From positions 928,001 through 992,000 of the forward strand of contig OZ242376.1 of assembly GCA_965209085.1 (NCBI GenBank): a DNA stretch of 64,000 nt, in the 5' to 3' direction. Positions 29,329 through 38,508 of this stretch are shown here, piece after piece; position 1 is the stretch's first letter, and every line of letters begins with the position of its first letter. The DNA is from Nitrosopumilaceae archaeon (GTDB lineage: Archaea; Thermoproteota; Nitrososphaeria; Nitrososphaerales; Nitrosopumilaceae). The notes under the pieces are model-generated. The model did no database searches, was not told the origin of the DNA, and saw only the letters and a program-made list of their open reading frames with translations. Made by a program: the position numbers and the translations under genes.

Positions 29329-29954
29329 TTTTTACGTTTTCCCATGCGCTGAAGTATTTATAATATTTATTGTTGTATTCGCCATTTTGGGATACAGTTA
29401 TACTTGAATTACAAAATGATGAATTACTGACATCTATAGTGTTGGTATCTTCGGGTGTAAATATACAAACAGAACCAACATGTACACCCACAAGTACGGC
29501 GCCATCCCCATGATAAACAATAGGAGCCCCATTATCGCCAATTCTAGATTTATAATTGTCAATTCCCATTTCAGTGTATGTTCCTTGAATACTATCTATT
29601 GTTACGTTTTTGAAAACAAGACTCCCATCATCATTATTATATTGACCGTATATGTTAATCGTGGACAAAACTTCCATGTCAGATAAAGTGCCATGAGTTA
29701 CAGTGAATATAGTACCGTTTAACATTCGTACGTGGTTTAATGGTGCAGTTGTGTCACTATTACTTGTCCGAATAAATGCCGCGTCATAATTTCCAATAGT
29801 ACCAATTCCATTCAATGTGGAAAATACCACTGTATTAGATAAATCATCCAGATTATGTGACAATGGAATTACGTGCGTTGGTTCGTAAAAGTTGCGTGGT
29901 GCGTATATGCTATGACCTGCCACTACAACACCATGATGGCCATTAGTGGTTGTA
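29309..29954 (-). pseudogene. 5'-truncated copy of the S1 protease domain, catalytic Ser replaced (GDNGAP)
   Basis: Aligns with the C-terminal ~215 aa of 22187-25039; the ORF-track start lies inside IS3 sequence. Confidence 0.8.
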
Positions 29955-31194
29955 TGGTGCGGATCCCTGTACAATGAGAACGTTTTTTGCATTAAAAATG
30001 ATAGGATCGGAGGGCTTATTTTATCATTGCCCTCCGTGCGAGACCAAATTCTGATGGCACCACACATCCTATTGCAGTGTACCTGGTTCTGATTATAGTC
30101 CTCAAAGGCGTATGATATTGCATTCTCTGCGTCCTAGAACGGCTCAAAGTCGCGCGGCCAGACATACTCTTTCTTGAGATTCTTGTGGAAGGATTCCACA
30201 TGAGCATTTTGCTCTGACGTGTGATAGTGGATGAATTCCTGCCTCACACCGTATACTTTTACAGCCTTGTCAAATTGCGCTAAAATATACTGGGAACCGT
30301 TGTCGGTTCTTAAAACAAGCTTTGAGCAGTCTGGTTTCTTGGATGCCAAAGCTTCAGTTAATGCTGCAATTGCACCGTCGGTAATAGCTCTTGACTCAAA
30401 CGCATATCCGACCCATTCGCGGGTAAATGCAAAGGATGTTGAATAGGTAACACCATCTGTCCTGACCGCACCAAATGTACGTCATGTCAGCTTTCCAGAG
30501 CTGATCCGGTCCTACAGGTTTTAGGCGCTTCCTTGAGCGAATAATCTCTTTTTTGGGTTTTGCAGACACACTCCGGCCCAGATAATGGTATATTTTCTTC
30601 ACTTTTTTGCAGTTTACTGGCCTGCCCGTAATACGGGACATGGTGGCAGCCATTCTTCGTGTTCCATATGTGGGTCTGCTCTGAGCAACCTGATGCACCA
30701 TCTTTGAGATTTCCTTGTCGATTTGAATAATGCGTGGTTTTTTCGGAGCGTACAGCATATTGTTTGATATTCCGGTATAACGTATGGATTTGCGTGTACT
30801 GAGGCCTTGTTTTTGCATGAGGGTCAATGCTTTCATTTTGTGCTCTCCTCTAACGTTTTTTTTAAAGCATCATTGGCTATGGTTAGATCTCCAATGATTC
30901 TCTTCAACTTGTCCATCTCATGATCGTGCTTTTTACTCTCATTACGATTATACGGTTTTTTTATGCCTGCCTTGCCACATTCAAAGAATATGTCCCTCCA
31001 CCGGGTAAAGGATGCCGGATTTATGTTATGTTTGCGACACAGTTCTGCAGGAGTGATGTGCGTGTTTATTGACTCCATGACGATACGCACCTTTTCGTCT
31101 GGAGCATGATGTGGTCTTTTCATTGATGGATACCTCCAAGACTGGGTAAAATTTGTTTCACTTTGGGTGTTCTCATTTTATGGGGTCCACTCCA
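29955..31194 (-). mobile_element. IS3-family element (orfA 30833-31123 intact, orfB frameshifted)
   Basis: TG...CA imperfect IRs (TGGTGCGGATCCCTGTACAATGAGAAC / GTTCTCATTTTATGGGGTCCACTCCA); YGTRR, W.ADMTY, TDNGSQY, NAHVESFH motifs; no target duplication. Confidence 0.88.
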
Positions 31195-31471
31195 ATGCTT
31201 GATATCATATTTTGTATGCTAAAGGATAGGAGTGAATTTGAAATACATTATAGTTAAAGCAACAAACCGCGGGTTAGACTTTGGGGATGTTACCCCGGCT
31301 GCATAACTGCGGTAAGCTTTAACATGTGGATAAATATGGTTGTGGGATTAAATCCTGAATGGATAGATGTCTTTTCATCTTTTGGTTGGAACCAGACACA
31401 TAGTGAAAGCCATACCGCATGACACAAAAAAGCAAGAAACCTTTAAAAAGTATTCACATGGATAAACTCTA
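31195..31471 (+). mobile_element. IS110/IS1111 3' remnant: last codons plus complete non-coding right end
   Basis: Closely matches ~36263-36538. Confidence 0.85.
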
Positions 31472-32122
31472 TTATTCAAAGAGTTTATTCTTGCTAATCG
31501 TACTATCTTCGCCTATTAATCTATCGCCATTTACTTTGTACATGCCATACTCGCTAGACAAAGGCCACCATGCATCTGGAAAAATACGATGAGCTCTATC
31601 CACCATGATAAATACTTGATCTCCCTCATCATATAGTATCCTTGTAGAAGGAAATCTGTTTACAATCTCAATTGTATCGTGTTCATATTCTTCTGTACCT
31701 CCTAGTATTTCATCAACATTGAGAAAATATTTAGTGTATGATGATTCACATCTAGATGTACAATTTTCTTCCGTGACTGTTCCTTTTTCCATCGAAGTTA
31801 TTGTGCCGATCATTACGAGTTGTGCTATATCTTTTATTTCATACGGATCTGTTGTAGTAAATGAACCAAAAGATTTCATAGGTTTGGAATTAATTTCAGA
31901 TGCATCAGTCAAATTCAATGCGTGTGGATTGTCACTTGAGGTTTCTGATTTTTTAGTATTTTTCAAATCATCATTGTTCGTATGTATTTCCGAATTACTC
32001 GTATTCATGTTGTTGGCGGATATTAGTACATCATTACCAATTATGGTATCAGAACTGATAACAAAAACAACAGCTAGACCTGCAAACAATACGGTTAATG
32101 ATAATACAAGTTTTATATTCAT
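31472..32122 (-). CDS. Secreted/anchored protein with TIMP/NTR-like OB-fold sequence pattern
   Basis: Signal/TM segment; AQLVMIGTITS...YTKYFLNVDEILGG...TIEIV...EGDQVFIMV pattern (fold is inference). Confidence 0.55.
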   Translation of the reverse strand: MNIKLVLSLTVLFAGLAVVFVISSDTIIGNDVLISANNMNTSNSEIHTNNDDLKNTKKSETSSDNPHALNLTDASEINSKPMKSFGSFTTTDPYEIKDIAQLVMIGTITSMEKGTVTEENCTSRCESSYTKYFLNVDEILGGTEEYEHDTIEIVNRFPSTRILYDEGDQVFIMVDRAHRIFPDAWWPLSSEYGMYKVNGDRLIGEDSTISKNKLFE

Positions 32123-32269
32123 TAGTACAACCTCATTGCGATCTTACGATCATCTTCATCGATATACGTGTTATCATCATTCGGTCTAATTTTTCCAAAC
32201 ATTACAGAGTCAGGGTTTAAGTTGTGATGCATGCCTGCAATATGACCAATTTCATGCGTCATGACAGTA
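32122..32269 (-). pseudogene. Metzincin (matrixin-like) metalloprotease, C-terminal fragment (not in ORF track)
   Basis: TVMTHEIGHIAGMHHNLNPDSVMFG...RLY*: HExxHxxGxxH plus Met-turn; stop overlaps the next ATG (TAATG). Confidence 0.8.
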
Positions 32270-33667
32270 GACCTCATGCATAATTAACTAAAAAATCAAT
32301 TTTGGCAAATCGAAAGATCTATGATCTAGTATCATGTGAGCATAGCATGTGCAAATCAGACAAACGCATGATCTCTAAACTGGAAAAGACGATCTTAAAG
32401 ATGGAAAAGACGATCCTAAAGATGGAAAAGAATAGCTCCAGGCAGGAATCAGAAATTCAACACTACAAAAAGATGGCACAGAGTAGCAATGATGACAAAA
32501 GACAACATGTCGATAAATATTTGAACAAGGGAATTGGGAATGATGTTCATCTATATGAAATGACAGGAATGAACCGTGAAGAATTTGAATGGATTCTAGA
32601 ACGGTTCAAAAAAACCGTAGAAAATTCATCAGAGATTCCCCGCTTTTCAGAATATGTGGACGATCCTGGAAACACCTGTATCCTTACCGTAAAGCAAGTT
32701 TTGTTTATCGTATTGTGCCGCAAACGCAATAATCTCAAACAGGGAGCACTTGCGTTCATTGCAGACGTTGATCAGAGCACCATTAGCAGATATCTGACAT
32801 TTTCTGATGAACTATTGATGGATATTCTTCCAACGGCTAAGAATATTGGTGCTGCAATACGGACAATACGTACAAGCGAGTTGTTTAAAAAATTCGTACC
32901 CGGCAGAGGCGGCGGCGAGCTATATCTTGATGCCACGTTTGTACAGGTTCAAAGACCGCAGGAGAATCAAGAAACAGTATACTATTCTGGAAAGCGCAAA
33001 AGGCACGTCTACAGCATACAGATAACCTCCAACAAAGATGGAGTGGTAAATGACATTGGCGGTCCAGAAGAGGGCTCAGTACATGACATGGAGGTACTGC
33101 GGCGTAATCCGCCAAATTTTGGCAAATGGACCGATGGCATGAAAAACTCTGATACAAAAAAAGAGCGCCAAATTACACTCTACACCGACAAGGGATACTT
33201 GTCCGTGGAAAAAGACTATCCTGGAATTATCTCAAAGCAGCCATACAAAAAACCAAAGGGTAGGGGATTGACAGAGACAGAACGCGAATATAGCAAGAGG
33301 ATCAGTCGTAAGCGCATAAAAGTAGAGCATGCCATAAACCGGCTCAAATGGTTTCGCAGAATGAGTGCCGTATATGATGACACAATGGATGCATTTTATA
33401 CAGAAATCCAAGTGGTTACAGGACTGACCAATCTGCACATCATGTTAAAGGATCGCAAGTATATCGAACCGTTGGAAAAAATTTGCCCTCAAATCAAGTA
33501 GCACATCTTTGTGCACACGGTTACGCATAATATTCTGCTTTTTGTCATGCATATGATATTTTGATTTATTTTGTTGTCTGCTTGAAGGTTTTAGGCCATG
33601 TGTACTTTGATCATGACAGTGTCATAGTAGGAACCGTATGTCTTTGCAGTTGATTATGCATGAACTC
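32270..33667 (+). mobile_element. IS5-family (ISL2/IS702-like, DDE_Tnp_4) element copy A, intact transposase 32302-33501
   Basis: IRs GACCTCATGCATAATTAAC / GTTGATTATGCATGAACTC with flanking TA; LDAT, YSGKRKRH, GSVHD, DKGY, RIKVEHAINRLK. Confidence 0.88.
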
Positions 33668-33849
33668 TAGTATCATAATGATGTACATTCAAATTACCTC
33701 TACTCACATCCCCAAAAACAAACATATTGTTTATTTCCATATACGTTCCGCCAACTGTAAACTGCCGCTGTACAGTATTAACAGAAGATACAACCCGTGC
33801 CAAGGTATTATCATTTAACATTGGAGACATTTTAACATTAATATTATTA
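33668..33849 (-). pseudogene. Middle fragment of the same metzincin gene, trapped between two IS copies
   Basis: Removing copy A plus one TA joins ...NVHHYDT to TVMTHEIGH in frame. Confidence 0.7.
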
Positions 33850-35190
33850 GAGTTCATGCATAATCAACTGTAAAGACATACGGTTCCTACTATGACACTG
33901 TCATGATCAAAGTACACATGGCCTAAAACCTTCAAGCAGACAACAAAATAAATCAAAATGTCATATGCATGACAAAAAACAGAATATTATGCGTGACCGT
34001 ATGCGCAAAGATGTGCTACTTGATTTGAGGGCAGACTTTTTCCAACGGTTCGATATACTTGCGATCCTTTAACATGATGTGCAGATTGGTCAGTCCTGTA
34101 ACCACTTGGATTTCTGTATAAAATGCATCCATTGTGTCATCATATACGGCACTCATTCTGCGAAACCATTTGAGCCGGTTTATGGCATGCTCTACTTTTA
34201 TGCGCTTACGACTGATCCTCTTGCTATATTCGCGTTCTGTCTCTGTCAATCCCCTACCCTTTGGTTTTTTGTATGGCTGCTTTGAGATAATTCCAGGATA
34301 GTCTTTTTCCACGGACAAGTATCCCTTGTCGGTGTAGAGTGTAATTTGGCGCTCTTTTTTTGTATCAGAGTTTTTCATGCCATCGGTCCATTTGCCAAAA
34401 TTTGGCGGATTACGCCGCAGTACCTCCATGTCATGTACTGAGCCCTCTTCTGGACCGCCAATGTCATTTACCACTCCATCTTTGTTGGAGGTTATCTGTA
34501 TGCTGTAGACGTGCCTTTTGCGCTTTCCAGAATAGTATACTGTTTCTTGATTCTCCTGCGGTCTTTGAACCTGTACAAACGTGGCATCAAGATATAGCTC
34601 GCCGCCGCCTCTGCCGGGTACGAATTTTTTAAACAACTCGCTTGTACGTATTGTCCGTATTGCAACACCAATATTCTTAGCCGTTGGAAGAATATCCATC
34701 AATAGTTCATCAGAAAAGGTCAGATATCTGCTAATGGTGCTCTGATCAACGTCTGCAATGAACGCAAGTACTCCCTGTTTGAGATTATTGCGTTTGCGGC
34801 ACAATACGATAAACAAAACTTGCTTTACGGTAAGGATACAGGTGTTTCCAGGATCGTCGACATATTCTGAAAAGCGAGGGGTTTCTGGCGAGTCTTCAAC
34901 GGCATTTATGAACTGTTTCTGAATCCATTCAAATTCTTCACGATCCATTCCAGTCATCCCGTATAGATAATTGTCATCATCAACCATATGGTTCAAGTAT
35001 TCATAAGCAGATTGTTTTTCGGTCTTATCCCCATCTATCATTTTTTTGTAGCGTTGGTTTTCTGCTTCAAGTTTGGAGATTCTTTTTTCCAACTTGGAGA
35101 TTATACGTTTGTCTGTAGCACACATGCTGTGTGATTGTAATACTTGATCATAGATCTTTCGATTTGCCAAAATTGATTTTTTGGTTAATA
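33850..35190 (-). mobile_element. IS5-family (ISL2-like) element copy B, transposase 34016-35170; left IR truncated
   Basis: Inverted near-identical copy of 32270-33667 over its 3' ~1 kb. Confidence 0.88.
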
Positions 35191-35194
35191 TGCA

Positions 35195-36538
35195 TAACCA
35201 TATGTGAAGGGAGATTCTAAGACCACAGATGGTTGTAAGAATGTCAAACGATCCGTATCACCGAAACGTAAATCATCTAAAAAAGATCCAAATGCAAACA
35301 AACAGATTACCACATATTCTGGGAAGAATATGTTTGTTGGAATGGACGTTCACAAGAAATTTCTTCAAGTTGCAATGATGGATAAAAAAGCCAAAGTGAT
35401 TTTTAATGAGAGGATTGAAAATGAAAACAAGTCCATCAGATGATTCTTCAGATCAAGCGTACCTGAAAATGCAAAAATCGTAATGGAATCTTCGTCCGTA
35501 TGGTACGGATTATATCGATACATGACAGATAAAATGGGTTATAATGTCGTATTGTCAAATCCATGGGCGACAAAAATCATCGCCGCATCCAAGAAAAAGA
35601 CCGACAAGAGGGATGCTGTAACACTTGCAGACCTATTACGGTGCGGATACATATCCCTCTGTCATGTCTCAAACAAGGACATAGTGGAACAACGGCAACT
35701 TGTACGATATCGCGACAGTCTTGTCAAGACAAGGACAACTCTAAAAAACAAAATACATGGAATTTTGTTACAGGGAGGGATAAAGATCTTTGGAGCAACA
35801 TTTACGCTTACATACAATAGAAAACTGCGTTCTCTAAAGGATTACCGTATAAACGGATATTTGGATTCTATTGGATTCGTTAATACAAAAATTGCGGATT
35901 CAAACATAAAGGTACACAACGCATCCTGTTCAAACAAGGATGCAATGTTACTCAAGACAATACCTGGCATAGGTGATTTTATTTCATTGATACTGGCAGC
36001 AGAGATTGATGGAGTTGAGAGGTTTTCTGAACCAAAACAACTCAAATCATATGCGAGTCTTGCCCCATCGGTTCGCAATTCAGCAGATGTGGTCCATCAT
36101 GGACATATAACAAAAAGAGGCAGCAGGATGATGCGGTGGGCACTGGTGGAAGCTGTTACCACCCATGTCCGATTTGCATCAGAGAGTAACATTTCTGAAT
36201 TTTACCGGCGTCTTGCAATAAAGAGAGGATCGTCCAAGGCCAAAGTTGCAGCAGCGGCCAAGATGCTGGATATCATATTTCGTATGCTAAAGGATAGGAG
36301 TGAATTTGAAATACATCATCGTTAAAGCAACAAACCGCGAGTTAGAGTTTGGGGATGTTACCCCGTTGCATAACTGCGGTAAGCTTTAACATGTGGACGA
36401 AGATGGTTGTGGGATTAAATCCCGAATGGATAGATGTCTTTTTACCTTTTGACTGGAAACAAACACATAGCGAAAGCCATACCGCATGACACAAAAAAGC
36501 AAGAAACCTTTAAAAAGTATTCACATGGATAAACTCTA
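35195..36538 (+). mobile_element. IS110/IS1111-type element; transposase 35204-36325 with one in-frame TGA (35441-35443)
   Basis: VGMDVHKK, VMESS, KTDKRDA, IPGIG, LAPSVRNSA, G.ITKRGS; short sub-terminal IR (ATGTGAA/TTCACAT); ~210 nt 3' non-coding end. Confidence 0.88.
36326..36520 (+). ncRNA. Candidate bridge/seek RNA of the IS1111-type element
   Basis: Nested stems ACCGC..GGGG-CCCC..GCGGT and GGGATTAAATCCC; retained in the second copy at ~31258-31450. Confidence 0.45.
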
Positions 36539-37459
36539 ATGCAACAACTGTCATACGATGAACTCGTAGATTATCTTGAAGATTCACCACGTTTACTACC
36601 AATACTGGGCTTGAAAAGAGTCCCGTCAAGGTCAACGTTGCAAGTAGCATCTACTAGAATTGATAAGCATTTCATCACATGGATGATAAATTCTGCAGGC
36701 AGACCTGGAATGAAAGGTACGTGGTACGGGGATTCTACAGGAATTGCAATAAACGGGCATAACACATGGCTTTATGCAATAAACGGGCATAACACATGGC
36801 TTTATGCAAAAAATGGATCAAGGTCAAGACTGGATTATCGCAAATTGCATATTGTAACTGCTGAAAACGGCATAATCATATCATAGGATATTACCCATGC
36901 ACGACGCCATGATGCGCCAATATTTGAGCAAATATGTGACACACTGCCGCACGGTTCCGGTCATGTGATGCTTGATGCAGCATATCTTTCATGCAACATG
37001 TGCACGCTCATAGAAAAGATTGGACGAATTCCTGTAATAATGTCAAGAAAAGGTGTTCGTGTACGTGGATTTGACGCAATGGGAAAGATGCTTCGATGGC
37101 ATCGTGATAATCCTGATGAATTTCTATCCATATACCACAAACGCAGCAACGTAGAGGCCACGTTTTCATCCATGAAGAAAAGGTTTTCATCCACTCCGAG
37201 TACCCGCAAATTTGCAACACAGAAAATTGAATTGGGCTTCTTTGTCTTGTGCCATAATATTCACATTCTAGCTGCCGCAGTCTAGATTCTGACACTTTGT
37301 GTCAGATATGATCCTAGCGTATGCTATACTCTAAAACCCAATATTTGCAATACTGACAAGATGAGCAGGGCTTGATGATGATGAATTGGTGAACATGTTA
37401 TATAATTTTGAATGAATTTGATCGGATTTTATAAAAAATGCTCATTCATGGACAGAGCC
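36539..37459 (+). mobile_element. IS5/IS903-group element, 5'-truncated; transposase pseudogene 36539-37285
   Basis: GDSTG, YRKLH, HDAP, DAAY, YHKRSNVEATFSSMK; in-frame TAG 36884-36886; right IR intact. Confidence 0.85.
36745..36809 (+). repeat. 30-bp tandem duplication inside the transposase
   Basis: TGCAATAAACGGGCATAACACATGGCTTTA x2 (AINGHNTWLY x2). Confidence 0.9.
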
Positions 37460-37468
37460 TGTTCACCC

Positions 37469-37482
37469 CCAAGGGTTATAAC
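37469..37482 (+). promoter_or_regulatory. Probable TATA box of the ribosomal protein operon
   Basis: TTATAA at 37476-37481, ~35 nt before the rpl3 ATG. Confidence 0.5.
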
Positions 37483-37515
37483 GGGGTTAACAACGTTGGA
37501 AAAACTGTAAGAGAA

Positions 37516-38508
37516 ATGGGTCATAGAAGACATAGTCAACCACGTAGAGGCAGCCTTGCATATCTTCCTAGAGGACGTGCCAAGAGCATGGAGGCACGCA
37601 TTAGGGCATGGCCAAGTCCTGTATCAGAGGAGCCTCACATGTTGGCACATGTTGGATTCAAGGCAGGCTGCATACAGGTTGTTAGCATAGATGATAGGGA
37701 AAAAACACCAAACCATGGAAAACAGCTTGTAAGTTTGGGTACGGTTTTGGTAACGCCGCCTGTTACCATAGTCGGATTAAGGGGATACTCAAAGGATGCA
37801 AACGGTTTGCATGCCACTTTTGACGTTTACGCAAAAGATATGCCAAAAGACATTGCAAAACACATTTCTTTAAAAAATAACGGAGATGCTGCAGAATCTG
37901 CAAAAAAGAGACTCGGCAACATACACAGCATATTTGCCATTGTTGCAATATCTCCCAGCGATGCAGGATTGGAGCAGAAAAAACCGTACATATTTGAGAC
38001 TCCCATTAACGGAGGCGATATTGCAAAACAGTTTGACTATGTGCGTGAAATGCTCGGAAGACATATTCGGATAAGCGACGTATTTGAAACAGGTCAGGAA
38101 GTTGACACGGCTGCAATTACAAAAGGCAAAGGATGGCAAAGTGTCATAACCAGATACGGGGCAAAAAGAAAACAGCATAAATCAAGAAAAACTGTAAGAG
38201 AAATAGGAAGTTTGGGACCCATATCGCCCCAGTATGTAATGTATACTGTACCTAGGGCAGGCCAGATGGGATTTCATCAAAGAATAGAATACAACAAACG
38301 CATACTAGCAATGGACAGCTCAGAAGGCAGTAAATCGAAAATAAATCCGGCAGGAGGATACAAACACTTTGGATTTGTAAAGGGCGATTATGTAATACTA
38401 AAAGGATCCGTTCCTGGCACATACAGACGTATGATAAAAATGCGCACTCAGATACGCAGCGCTCCGCCCAAAGTATTAAAACCGAACATATTGGAGATTG
38501 TGGTATGA
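37516..38508 (+). CDS. rpl3: 50S ribosomal protein L3
   Basis: PRRGSLAYLPRGRA, TKGKGWQ, VPRAGQMGFHQR; start at ATG 37516. Confidence 0.96.
   Translation: MGHRRHSQPRRGSLAYLPRGRAKSMEARIRAWPSPVSEEPHMLAHVGFKAGCIQVVSIDDREKTPNHGKQLVSLGTVLVTPPVTIVGLRGYSKDANGLHATFDVYAKDMPKDIAKHISLKNNGDAAESAKKRLGNIHSIFAIVAISPSDAGLEQKKPYIFETPINGGDIAKQFDYVREMLGRHIRISDVFETGQEVDTAAITKGKGWQSVITRYGAKRKQHKSRKTVREIGSLGPISPQYVMYTVPRAGQMGFHQRIEYNKRILAMDSSEGSKSKINPAGGYKHFGFVKGDYVILKGSVPGTYRRMIKMRTQIRSAPPKVLKPNILEIVV

Larger units (their letters stand above)
27944..29954 (-). repeat. Arm 2 of ~2 kb inverted duplication
   Basis: Reverse complement of 24388-26392; cut at 29954 by the IS3 element. Confidence 0.9.
21441..37459. mobile_element. 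~16 kb composite transposon/cointegrate bounded by IS5-family (IS903-group) ends
   Basis: Left IR GGCTCTGTCCATGAAT at 21441; right IR ATTCATGGACAGAGCC ending at 37459; exact TGTTCACCC at 21432-21440 and 37460-37468. Confidence 0.8.

Noticed and set aside
24388-29954. Diversity-generating retroelement template/variable repeat pair
   Set aside because: No reverse transcriptase in the window; differences are not adenine-specific and include indels.
29955-30067. N-terminus of the 252-aa ORF 29309-30067 as real protein sequence
   Set aside because: It is read-through from the IS3 end; homology to the protease stops at 29954.
35441-36886. In-frame TGA and TAG in transposases as selenocysteine/pyrrolysine or programmed readthrough
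   Set aside because: Neighbouring IS copies are also decayed and no recoding machinery or signal is visible; nonsense mutations are simpler.
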